Assembly: GCA_002701645.1 (NCBI GenBank)
Contig: NZWP01000013.1
Coordinates: forward strand, 778 to 64,777
Origin: Fidelibacterota bacterium
Lineage (GTDB): Bacteria; Fidelibacterota; Marinisomatia; Marinisomatales; Marinisomataceae
Length of the DNA: 64,000 bases
Reading direction: 5' to 3'
Shown piece by piece: positions 30,000 to 39,091 of this stretch. Every line of letters starts with the position of its first letter. Positions within the stretch are counted from its first letter, which is position 1. The notes under the pieces are model-generated. The model was not told where the DNA came from. It saw nothing but the letters and a program-made list of their open reading frames with translations, and made no database searches. The translations under genes were made by a program, and so were the position numbers.

Positions 30000-31070
30000 A
30001 TGATCTACATAATCGCATTTATTATTCTTATTAGTGTTATTGTCTTTGTACACGAGCTTGGTCATTATTTGGCTGCACGAAGCATAGGCGTAACGGTTGA
30101 ACAATTTTCAATTGGGATGCCTCCTACAATATACAAGTTTAAACCAAAAAATATTAATACAGTTTTTGTCATCGGAGCACTACCACTGGGTGGGTATGTT
30201 AAAATAAAAGGCATGTTAGATGAAAATATGGATACTGAACTTGTTGGAGAAGACGATGAATTAGAATCGAAGAATGCATTACAAAAGATTTGGGTGTTAA
30301 GTGCAGGCGTAATTATGAATATCATCTTAACTTTTTTTGTCTTTTCTGCCATTGGTGCGATAGAGGGAGATGCAGTACCTGTTGATCAAGATGCCATAAT
30401 AGATTTTGTGGTCCCTGGTGGTCCAGCAGAGAATGCTAATTTGTTCGTGGGAGATGAAATTGTTGCAATTAATAATATTGAAGTTGCAAGTTGGGAAACT
30501 GCTGTAAGTATAGTAGAAAAAAATCCTAATCAAGAAGTACATATCACAGTGATAAGAGATGGTGAGCTTTATCAACAGAATATCACATTATCCTCTGGTG
30601 TTAATTTTAAAACAGGTAGAGTAGATCAGACTATTGGATTAATTGGTGTTGCTAAAGATATGAGCGCTAAAGAACTCAGTCTTGTTGAGTCTTTTCAGTA
30701 TGGGTATAATCGTACAGTCTGGTCAATGGTCTTAATGAGCTCTTCTTTAAAAATGATTTTCCAGGGTAATGTATCTAGAGATGAAGTTGGTAGCGTTATT
30801 ATGATTGGGCAAATGGCCGGAGAAGCAGCTCAGGCTGGGTTAAGTCAATTCTTATTCTTGATGGCTTTAATTAGCGTCAATTTAGCATTCATTAATATTT
30901 TACCAATCCCAGGACTGGATGGCGGACATATTGCAGTCATTTTAATTGAAGTATTGATGAGAAGAAAATTATCAGTTAAAGCAAGAATGCGTATTCAGTC
31001 AGTAGGCATGTTTATTTTATTATCATTAATGGCATTTTTAATAATCAATGATATTGCTAGACTTTTTTAG
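30000..31070 (+). CDS. rseP: RIP site-2 metalloprotease RseP (single PDZ)
   Basis: 'VHELGHYLAAR' (HExxH), a PDZ-like middle region, 'NILPIPGLDGGH'. Confidence 0.85.
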   Translation: MIYIIAFIILISVIVFVHELGHYLAARSIGVTVEQFSIGMPPTIYKFKPKNINTVFVIGALPLGGYVKIKGMLDENMDTELVGEDDELESKNALQKIWVLSAGVIMNIILTFFVFSAIGAIEGDAVPVDQDAIIDFVVPGGPAENANLFVGDEIVAINNIEVASWETAVSIVEKNPNQEVHITVIRDGELYQQNITLSSGVNFKTGRVDQTIGLIGVAKDMSAKELSLVESFQYGYNRTVWSMVLMSSSLKMIFQGNVSRDEVGSVIMIGQMAGEAAQAGLSQFLFLMALISVNLAFINILPIPGLDGGHIAVILIEVLMRRKLSVKARMRIQSVGMFILLSLMAFLIINDIARLF

Positions 31071-31787
31071 CTTTAACACAATTACTCCATTACCCAATTT
31101 CAATGATATCTTAACGGGTACAGTTCTATTGTTAATAATTCCATATGATATTTGCATATCCCCCTTATTTTTTAATGCCGACTTGCCATTATATAGAGGT
31201 TTATATGTATAAGCATCAAATTTTCCCGCACGAGTACGGATGGTTTTTAACCCAATATTTTGAATCTCAATCTCTCTAACTTTCCCGCCATCTAGGATAG
31301 TAAATTTTTTTGATTCTTTCTCTGCAATATTTTCATTTTTTAAAATCATGATTAATGCATATGGGTCAAATACATTTTCTGGTATAGTATATTCTTTTCC
31401 ATCGGTAATAGCGGTATTACCTGTAATTATAGTGGTGGATTCACGCCTTACATTTCTTTCACGTAATTTTTTAACCTGCTTAATCAATTGAAGTGATTCA
31501 GTATCAACCCATACATCTATTGTATCTCTTATTTTATATAAAGCATCACCCATTTTAGAAGTTTTTACCGAAAAGTTTAAATGATAGGCTTGCTGTCCAT
31601 TAATTGTATCTATCTTCTTTATACTAAGAGTGGCTGAACCTAATTTGATTAAGTTGGGACCAATCTTTATCAAATCAACAAATAGATCATATTTATATTG
31701 CTCTCCAGGTATAAAGGACGATTCTTTTTCTATGGGTGTTTGTCCTAGTAAAAATGAAACAGAAAGAAGTGTAATCAATTTTTTCAT
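31038..31787 (-). CDS. DUF3108-like secreted beta-barrel protein
   Basis: Signal peptide. 'GEQYKYDL...G.ATLSI...' with an alternating beta pattern typical of DUF3108. The 3' end overlaps rseP by 33 nt, tail to tail. Confidence 0.55.
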   Translation of the reverse strand: MKKLITLLSVSFLLGQTPIEKESSFIPGEQYKYDLFVDLIKIGPNLIKLGSATLSIKKIDTINGQQAYHLNFSVKTSKMGDALYKIRDTIDVWVDTESLQLIKQVKKLRERNVRRESTTIITGNTAITDGKEYTIPENVFDPYALIMILKNENIAEKESKKFTILDGGKVREIEIQNIGLKTIRTRAGKFDAYTYKPLYNGKSALKNKGDMQISYGIINNRTVPVKISLKLGNGVIVLKLKKSSNIIDY

Positions 31788-31790
31788 TAT

Positions 31791-32357
31791 TTATCTAATT
31801 TGAGAAATATTATCTTTATCAAACATATAAATTTTAGAAGCAGATTTATTATTGATAATCCCACCATCTAGTATTAAGTCTATGCTATCACCAAACATTT
31901 CTTCTATTTTATCTGGATTATTCAGTGGTGCTTGGCCGGTAGTATTAATACTAGTGGTTGTTATAGGTTTTGTATATTCAGATAGTAGGGTTATTAAAAA
32001 AGGGTAATTTGGTATACGAAATCCAATTCTTTTATCTTTAGTAATTAAGTCATTAAAGCTTCCTGATTTATATTTTATAATACAGGTATCTCCAGTACCA
32101 ATAATGATATTCATTTGGTTTTGTAATTTAGGAGATATAATCAGCTTGCTAGCAATATTATCAAAGCTATGAGTAATAATACTCATTGGAGCTTCACGCT
32201 TTTTAAGATAATTAATTTTTTTTATACCCAAATCGTTGTCTATATCTGTACCGATACCATAGATTGTATCGGTTGGGTATACAATCACTTGATTTTGTTT
32301 TAATGCTAATAATGCTATGTTGATAGCATCTGGATGATCTATTGGTATCCTTTTCAT
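31791..32357 (-). CDS. tsaC: L-threonylcarbamoyladenylate synthase (YrdC/TsaC type)
   Basis: 188 aa with 'VIVYPTDTIYGIGTD' and 'ITTTSINTTGQAP'. Confidence 0.8.
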   Translation of the reverse strand: MKRIPIDHPDAINIALLALKQNQVIVYPTDTIYGIGTDIDNDLGIKKINYLKKREAPMSIITHSFDNIASKLIISPKLQNQMNIIIGTGDTCIIKYKSGSFNDLITKDKRIGFRIPNYPFLITLLSEYTKPITTTSINTTGQAPLNNPDKIEEMFGDSIDLILDGGIINNKSASKIYMFDKDNISQIR

Positions 32358-32358
32358 T

Positions 32359-33192
32359 TTAGTGATGAGATGTTTTCCATCGTTTATGAAACCAAAAATA
32401 TTGTTCTGGGCTTTTTTTAATCGCGTTTTCTAATTCGAAGGTGTATTCTTGTATAATTTGATCAATATTTAATGTGTTAGAAGCATTTATCTTTTTGAAG
32501 TCTACATCATATTGATCCTTATTCTGTGTAATCGAGAAGAAAACAATAGGTGAGTTCATTCGTTTATGCAATATAGCTGCTCCCGCTGGAGTGGATGAAG
32601 GAATATCAAAAAAGTTAACAAATTTTCCTTTCCCTCTCGCGTCTTGATCGCTTAGTAGAACTAATATTTCATTATTTTTTAATGCTGTTTTAAGATCTGT
32701 GCTTGAACCGCCCTTATAAAGTTGTCTTTGCATATATTTTTCTCTGATGTTTTTAAAAAATTGATCTGCATTACCGTCATTTTGTTTATATGCTACTCCG
32801 CAGAGAGGGTATCCTTTGCGGGATAGGCCATAAAGCAGTTTATCGAAAGATCCAAAGTGCCCGCTAACAAAAATTACCCCCTTATTTTCTTTTAATGCAT
32901 CATCTAATATCTCAAGCTTGTTAAAATGTATTTTTTCAGTATTAAAATATCTTGGGAAAGAAAGAAACTCTAAAAAATCTTCTACATAAAACTTATAGCA
33001 TCGTGTAGCAATATTATTATACCAACTTTTCTCCTTATCAGGGAATGCTCTTTCTAAGTTCTCTAATACTACTTTCCGTCTTATTCTTAGTAAATGGAAT
33101 AGTAGATTATAAACACATTTATAGGTAAATTTATTTAAGAATGTTGGAACAATTCTTAGAGAGAATGAAAGCATTTTTAAAAATATATACAT
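32359..33192 (-). CDS. Lipid A biosynthesis (Kdo)2-lipid IVA acyltransferase family (LpxL/HtrB-like)
   Basis: 277 aa. N-terminal hydrophobic anchor, 'GVIFVSGHFGSFD', 'STPAGAAILHKR', 'PEQYFWFHKRWK' as in late acyltransferases. Confidence 0.6.
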   Translation of the reverse strand: MYIFLKMLSFSLRIVPTFLNKFTYKCVYNLLFHLLRIRRKVVLENLERAFPDKEKSWYNNIATRCYKFYVEDFLEFLSFPRYFNTEKIHFNKLEILDDALKENKGVIFVSGHFGSFDKLLYGLSRKGYPLCGVAYKQNDGNADQFFKNIREKYMQRQLYKGGSSTDLKTALKNNEILVLLSDQDARGKGKFVNFFDIPSSTPAGAAILHKRMNSPIVFFSITQNKDQYDVDFKKINASNTLNIDQIIQEYTFELENAIKKSPEQYFWFHKRWKTSHH

Positions 33193-33220
33193 TTAGTAAA
33201 TGTAAATCTTTGTATCAGTA

Positions 33221-34423
33221 ATGAAAACAAAATTTAAACACATCTGGCTATTTATTTTATTGCTCACTTTGGGGAGCAGTGTGGCCGAAGAAACTAAAAA
33301 AAATATTTATATAGTGCCTATACAAGATACGATTGATTTAGGTATCCCAAGTTTTGTAAAGCGTGCTATTGACATCGCAGAATCGGATAACGGTGAATTA
33401 ATTATTTTTGATATTGATACTTTTGGAGGTCGCGTTGATGCTGCTACTCAAATTAAAGATGCTATATCAGCTACAAGCATTACAACTATAGCTTTTATTA
33501 ATCGCAGAGCAATTTCAGCTGGTTCTTTAATCTCTTTATCTTGTGATAAAATTTATATGACAGATGGGGCAACTATTGGAGCAACAAGCGTTGTAGATAT
33601 GACAGGATCAAAACAGTCAGAGAAATCTCAAAGTTATATGAGAGAAGAAATGGCGGCTACTGCAGAAAAAACAGGGAAGAATACCACCATCGCTAGAGGA
33701 ATGGTTGATGAAGAACTAAGTTTTGAATTTTTAGTTATTAATGGAGACTCGTTACAGGTTGATGATATAGAAGGAAGAAAAGAAGGAAAACTTATTACAT
33801 TGACTACAGAGCTAGCATTAAAATATAGTATTGCTGACGGTAAAAGCGAATCAGTAGAAGAAATTTTATCTAATCTCGGTATAGAAAATTATAATATTAT
33901 TACTTTGAATGAAAATTGGTCTGAAGATGTAGTTCGTTTTTTGACAGATCCCACTATTTCTTCATTATTGACTACCTTTGGTACTATTGGTATTATTTCT
34001 GAATTGTATAGTGCTGGTTGGGGGATTGGAGGAACGATTGGCATTGTCTGTCTAACCTTAGCGCTAGGAGCAAGTTATTTAACTCAATTAGCATCTTCCA
34101 CAGACTTATTAATTATTATGAGCGGTTTATTACTACTGGTAATAGAATTTATAGCAATTCCTGGGTTTGGATTTTTTGGTATTGCAGGAATTGGTGTTTT
34201 ATTTTACGGACTATATTTGTTGTTAATTCCTGATATCCCCGTAAGCGATGAAATATATTCACAAGCATTAGATGGTTTTTCATGGGGAATTGTTGGAGGG
34301 ATTATAGCATTAATGATGGTGATCCACTTATTATTAAAATCAAAATTTTTAGAAAAATTTATTACTAAAGACTCTAATACAGCCAACCTTAAAAAGAATT
34401 ATAAAAAAAGAGGGAAGGTGTAG
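33221..34423 (+). CDS. NfeD-like membrane-bound ClpP-class serine protease
   Basis: Signal peptide. 'FDIDTFGGRVDAA', 'AISAGSLISLSCDKIYMTDGATIGA', then about 4 TM helices. Upstream of floA, as in the yqeZ-yqfA operon. Confidence 0.7.
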   Translation: MKTKFKHIWLFILLLTLGSSVAEETKKNIYIVPIQDTIDLGIPSFVKRAIDIAESDNGELIIFDIDTFGGRVDAATQIKDAISATSITTIAFINRRAISAGSLISLSCDKIYMTDGATIGATSVVDMTGSKQSEKSQSYMREEMAATAEKTGKNTTIARGMVDEELSFEFLVINGDSLQVDDIEGRKEGKLITLTTELALKYSIADGKSESVEEILSNLGIENYNIITLNENWSEDVVRFLTDPTISSLLTTFGTIGIISELYSAGWGIGGTIGIVCLTLALGASYLTQLASSTDLLIIMSGLLLLVIEFIAIPGFGFFGIAGIGVLFYGLYLLLIPDIPVSDEIYSQALDGFSWGIVGGIIALMMVIHLLLKSKFLEKFITKDSNTANLKKNYKKRGKV

Positions 34424-34483
34424 TATTATATGAGAGTTTATTAATAAATTGTAGAAGATTTTTATAAACAAAAAGGAGGAGTA

Positions 34484-35452
34484 ATGGGACTTTATGTTGC
34501 CTTGCCGCTAATAGTATGTATTTTATTGTTGTTATGGGTCGTACCAGTAGGATTATGGCTACAAGCCATATTTAGTATTGGAAGTGGCCACGTCACTATT
34601 TTTAATTTGATTGGAATGCGATTCAGGCGAGTACCTCCAGGTATTATTGTCAATGGATTAATTGCATCTCGTAAAGCAGGAATTATTGTGAAAAGCGATG
34701 ATTTAGAAGTGCATTTCATGGCGGGTGGAGATGTAGATAAGGTTGTTGATGCACTCATTGCTGCCTCAAAAGCAGGGATTGAACTGACTTTTGAAATTGC
34801 AACTGCCATTGATTTAGCGGGACGTGATGTTTTGTCTGCAGTACAAACAAGTGTATATCCAAAAGTTATTGATGCTCCAGTAGATGGAAAATTATCTGCT
34901 GTTTCAAAAGATGGTATTGAAGTAAGAGCCAGAGCAAGAGTTACTGTAAGAACTGATATCCCTAATTTAGTAGGAGGAGCAACTGAAGATACTATTATTG
35001 CAAGAGTTGGAGAAGGAATTGTGAGTGCGATTGGTTCTAAAGAATCCTATGAAGCAGTATTAGAAAATCCAGATTCAATTTCTAGGAATGTGCTTGATAA
35101 AGGCTTAAATCAGGGAACAGCCTTTGAAATACTTTCAATTGATATTGCCGATATTGATGTAGGTAAAAATATTGGTGCTCAATTACAAGCAGATCAAGCG
35201 GAAGCAGATTTAAGAGTAGCGCAAGCAAAGGCAGAAACTAGAAGAGCGATGGCCGTAGCGCTTGAGCAAGAAATGAAAGCAAAAGTTGTAGAGGCAGAAT
35301 CTGAAGTACCTAAAGCTATGGCTCAGGCATTCAGAGAGGGTAATTTAGGAGTGCTAGATTACTATAAGCTTGATAATATTGCTTCTGATACTAGTATGAG
35401 ACAATCTATTGCTGGCACAGGAGAAGAACCAAAAGACGATTCAGAGGGTTAA
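34484..35452 (+). CDS. floA: Flotillin-like protein FloA (YqfA/UPF0365)
   Basis: Near-colinear with B. subtilis FloA from memory: '[13 protein letters not shown]', '[22 protein letters not shown]', '[13 protein letters not shown]', '[27 protein letters not shown]'. Strong 'AAGGAGG' Shine-Dalgarno. Confidence 0.9.
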   Translation: MGLYVALPLIVCILLLLWVVPVGLWLQAIFSIGSGHVTIFNLIGMRFRRVPPGIIVNGLIASRKAGIIVKSDDLEVHFMAGGDVDKVVDALIAASKAGIELTFEIATAIDLAGRDVLSAVQTSVYPKVIDAPVDGKLSAVSKDGIEVRARARVTVRTDIPNLVGGATEDTIIARVGEGIVSAIGSKESYEAVLENPDSISRNVLDKGLNQGTAFEILSIDIADIDVGKNIGAQLQADQAEADLRVAQAKAETRRAMAVALEQEMKAKVVEAESEVPKAMAQAFREGNLGVLDYYKLDNIASDTSMRQSIAGTGEEPKDDSEG

Positions 35453-35454
35453 AT

Positions 35455-35961
35455 TTGGAAGAACTACTTTATTGGGGAGCGATACTAGGCTTTTATCTTT
35501 GGTCTGCGTATAGAAGTAAGAAAAAAAAGGCTGAGCGATTGATGCCCCAACCTCAACAAACACCATCTCAAAAGGAAGCAGACAGTCCTCAAATACCTAA
35601 CAATCAAAAAATCAATGTCCTAGATTTTTTGAATAAAGCATTTGAAGAATCTATATCTGATAAAGTAGTACGTGAGCCAAAGGTGTTAAAAAAGACAAAA
35701 GACCATTCTGCTAAAAGTACATTTGTAGAACACTTTGATACCGAGCATGATTTAAGCAAGATTGATGATCGTCATTTAAAACATATTAAGAAAGAAAATC
35801 AGAACTTAGGTTATATACAATCACGATTACACACCAAGACCAACCATTCAATTAACAATAAAAATTTGTTGTTGTTAGTTCAACAAAAATATAAAAACCA
35901 TCCTACTAAGCTTGCAATCACCATGCAGGCAATTTTTGAATCACCAAAAGCAATGCAGTAG
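35455..35961 (+). CDS. Hypothetical membrane-anchored protein (third gene of the nfeD-floA operon)
   Basis: TTG start 3 nt after the floA stop. One N-terminal TM helix followed by a K/Q/H-rich low-complexity region. No recognisable family. Confidence 0.45.
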   Translation: MEELLYWGAILGFYLWSAYRSKKKKAERLMPQPQQTPSQKEADSPQIPNNQKINVLDFLNKAFEESISDKVVREPKVLKKTKDHSAKSTFVEHFDTEHDLSKIDDRHLKHIKKENQNLGYIQSRLHTKTNHSINNKNLLLLVQQKYKNHPTKLAITMQAIFESPKAMQ

Positions 35962-36516
35962 ATGAGAAAACTTTTAATAATGGGGCCACCAGGGGCAGGA
36001 AAAGGAACGCAGGCTAAAATACTTGCAGAAAAATATAATCTTTTACATTTATCAACCGGTGATATTTTAAGAAGTGAGATACAAAAGAAAACTGTCACTG
36101 GGTTAGAAGCACAGTCTTATATGGATGCGGGAAATTTAGTACCAGACACTGTAATGCTATCTATGATGGAAAGCACACTAACAGAACTGAAAAATGGAGG
36201 TATTATTTTAGACGGCTTTCCAAGAACAGTTCCACAAGCGAAAGGATTAAATAAAATTTTTGAAAAACTTAATTCAAAAATAGATTACGTATTAAATATT
36301 CACGTACAAGACACAATATTAATAAAGAGATTAATTGAGAGAGCTCAAAATTCTGGTCGTAAAGATGATACAGAAGAAGTAATTATTAATCGCCAGCAAG
36401 TATATACAAAATTAACAGCCCCATTAATTGATTTTTATAACAATGAAATTATTCATATTAATGGAGATGGATCTATCAATCAGGTAACACAACATATTCT
36501 AGAAAAACTTCAATAA
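35962..36516 (+). CDS. adk: Adenylate kinase (short-lid type)
   Basis: 'GPPGAGKGTQA', 'ILDGFPRT', and a short lid 'RAQNSGRKDDTEEVI' without the zinc-finger lid insertion. Confidence 0.9.
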   Translation: MRKLLIMGPPGAGKGTQAKILAEKYNLLHLSTGDILRSEIQKKTVTGLEAQSYMDAGNLVPDTVMLSMMESTLTELKNGGIILDGFPRTVPQAKGLNKIFEKLNSKIDYVLNIHVQDTILIKRLIERAQNSGRKDDTEEVIINRQQVYTKLTAPLIDFYNNEIIHINGDGSINQVTQHILEKLQ

Positions 36517-37127
36517 TGATTGTTGTTGGGGTAACTGGAGGGATAGCTTCTGGTAAAAGCACAGTATCCAATATTTTTAAAGAAGAATACAATGCATATA
36601 TTTTTGATGCAGATAAAGAGGCAAAGCTTCTTTTGCTCAATCAGGAAATATCAGAAGAGATTCTCAAAACTTTTCCAGAGCTAGAAAGCGCTGATCCACT
36701 ATCTATAAGCAAAATAGTATTTAAAAATGAAGAGAATCAGAAAAAATTAAATGCAATTCTTCATCCAGCTGTAAATGTAGAACTTTTAAAAAGAATTGAA
36801 AAGATTGATCATAAAAAGAAGTATCCGATATTTATTGTTGATGCCGCACTTATTATTGAGAGTGGTTCTTATAAATATTATCATGAATCTGGAGCATATC
36901 TTATATTATTAACTAGCTTAAAAGCTACACGTATTCAACGCGCTTTATCTAGAGGTAACTTATCAGAAGAATCGATTAAAGAACGCATGGACCTACAATG
37001 GGCTGATAAAAAAAAGAAAGACTATGCAGACTATATTCTTGAGAATAATGGTTCTTTAGATCAACTAAAATCTTCAATTACATTTTTAGTTAAAGAGATA
37101 AAAGAAGCTTTCATAAGTACACATTAA
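36516..37127 (+). CDS. coaE: Dephospho-CoA kinase
   Basis: 'VGVTGGIASGKSTV', 'DAD', 'HPAV'. Confidence 0.85.
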   Translation: MIVVGVTGGIASGKSTVSNIFKEEYNAYIFDADKEAKLLLLNQEISEEILKTFPELESADPLSISKIVFKNEENQKKLNAILHPAVNVELLKRIEKIDHKKKYPIFIVDAALIIESGSYKYYHESGAYLILLTSLKATRIQRALSRGNLSEESIKERMDLQWADKKKKDYADYILENNGSLDQLKSSITFLVKEIKEAFISTH

Positions 37128-37171
37128 TTGATTTAGTCAAATTATTAACCATAACATATGTAATTTCCACA

Positions 37172-38149
37172 ATGCAAAGATTAGCTAAAATTTTACTCTT
37201 CTTATTAATCATTGGATGTGGATCTAATGCAGGATCCCAGATAATAACATCTAGCGGGGACATAGACCCTAATACTGGCAACGGGAATGGTAATAATGGA
37301 GGGAATGGTGGAGATAATACTATTCCAGATCTTACGGTAGAATTGATTTCTTATTATAATGATGATACTGCATCTTTTTCTACAGTATTTGGTAATTATA
37401 TGCGCAGTTTTATTGTTCATACTCCACCTAACTATGATCCAAATAATGGTCCGCTTCCATTGCTATTTGTATTGCATGGCTATACAAGTCAAGCGCCTAT
37501 TATACGAAACTATTCTAGGTTTGATACCATTGCAGATGAGGAAAATTTTATAGTGGTTTATGTACAAGGAGTAACCGATGTCACGGGTACCACTGGTTGG
37601 AATGTGGATGTGGTTTCTACCTTTGATCAAGTAGATGATGTCGGATTATTTGCTGCGTTGATAAAATATTTTAAAGCAAACTATAATATCGCTAATGATA
37701 AGATTTTTTCTACTGGAATGTCTTTAGGCGGATTTATGAGCTATAGACTTGCATGCGAATTAGATGAAATAAATAGCATTGGGTCTGTTACAGGTTCAAT
37801 GGCAGTGTACTATAATTGCGTACCGCCAAATCAAAAAAGTATTATTCATCTTCATGGAACATCTGATACAGTAGTGCCTTACAACGGAAATTTTTGGACC
37901 TATAGTGTAGAGGATGCACATTCATTCTGGGCGAACTATAATAATTGCCAAAATCAGTCTGAAGTTACTGTTCCAGATTTCAATGGAGACGGAGTCTATT
38001 CTACACAACTTACTTCATATGACTGTGATGGGAGCCGAGAAGTAATTCTATATAGTATTCAAAACGCAGGTCATGTATGGTTTACAAAAGAGGGGGGTTA
38101 TGATGTAGACACTTCAGCATTGATTTGGGAATTTTTTAAAGATAAATAA
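37172..38149 (+). CDS. Secreted lipoprotein esterase (PHB depolymerase/LpqC-like alpha/beta hydrolase)
   Basis: Lipobox 'LLIIGCGS', Gly/Asn linker 'GNGNGNNGGNGGDN', 'PLLFVLHGYT', nucleophile elbow 'GMSLGGFMS', 'HLHGTSDTVVPY'. Confidence 0.65.
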   Translation: MQRLAKILLFLLIIGCGSNAGSQIITSSGDIDPNTGNGNGNNGGNGGDNTIPDLTVELISYYNDDTASFSTVFGNYMRSFIVHTPPNYDPNNGPLPLLFVLHGYTSQAPIIRNYSRFDTIADEENFIVVYVQGVTDVTGTTGWNVDVVSTFDQVDDVGLFAALIKYFKANYNIANDKIFSTGMSLGGFMSYRLACELDEINSIGSVTGSMAVYYNCVPPNQKSIIHLHGTSDTVVPYNGNFWTYSVEDAHSFWANYNNCQNQSEVTVPDFNGDGVYSTQLTSYDCDGSREVILYSIQNAGHVWFTKEGGYDVDTSALIWEFFKDK

Positions 38150-39037
38150 CTAAAATAATTCATTAGTAAGACAGTGCACTGAACCTCCGCTCAAATTGAA
38201 TTGAGATACATTGGATACGTGCATATGAATATTATTTTGATGAGCGAAATCTATAACTTGTTCATTGTTAATTGGGCTTGTACCTACTAATAATCCTGGT
38301 AAGGTTAAACAATTCATAGCCGATCTTGCTTCTAAAGATTTTTTCATATCACGATTCTCAATATCTAATAATTCCCAACTATACTTTTTACATATATCTT
38401 TTAAAATATGATAGTTCTTATCATCAAACACTTCTTTCGCACAATTAATACCTACACAATCATATTCATCGTTGAATATGGGACAAATTGCTGTATCAAG
38501 ATGATATCCATCTGATTCAATGATATGTAATTGGTCTACTTCCATTAATTCTGCCATTGATTCAGCACCTTTAAGATTATTACGGCATAAACCTGATAAT
38601 AAAATATTTTCTTTGGATAGATAAAAGAATTCTCCGCCTTCTGCTAAACAGTCTTGTGTTGGTAGATAGTTCACTGTATGGCCAGATTGTTTCATTGTTT
38701 CGATTGCAAATTTTCCTTCATTTAAACGCTCTTCAAGACGCATATTGCACATTACAATTTTTTTATTTTTATTACATAAAAAATGATCTCTCATAAAAAT
38801 AAAATCAAATTTTCCTTCTTTTTCTAGAGTATTTGAGAATGGGACTATGACAGTTTCTAGCCCTAAACGTTCTATAAGTGATACTAGTTTTTGGTATTCA
38901 TGTTCTAGGACAGATTGATTGGGTATAGCACCATCTACCATCATATCATTATCTGGATATGCAACAATACCAGAGCCCCACCAATCATTTTTTGGTAAAG
39001 CACTCAAGGCAATTTTGATTTTATGTGCATGTATCAA
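38150..39037 (-). CDS. Guanidino-group-modifying (pentein) superfamily enzyme (amidinotransferase/DDAH/deiminase-like)
   Basis: 295 aa. C-terminal catalytic-Cys motif 'SGGSVHCLTNEL', plus 'FMRD' and 'HLDT' motifs typical of the fold. Substrate not assignable. Confidence 0.6.
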   Translation of the reverse strand: MIHAHKIKIALSALPKNDWWGSGIVAYPDNDMMVDGAIPNQSVLEHEYQKLVSLIERLGLETVIVPFSNTLEKEGKFDFIFMRDHFLCNKNKKIVMCNMRLEERLNEGKFAIETMKQSGHTVNYLPTQDCLAEGGEFFYLSKENILLSGLCRNNLKGAESMAELMEVDQLHIIESDGYHLDTAICPIFNDEYDCVGINCAKEVFDDKNYHILKDICKKYSWELLDIENRDMKKSLEARSAMNCLTLPGLLVGTSPINNEQVIDFAHQNNIHMHVSNVSQFNLSGGSVHCLTNELF

Positions 39038-39091
39038 GATAATAAACTTACAATTTTTAAATTAACTTTATAAGACTAAATTCTAACTATC

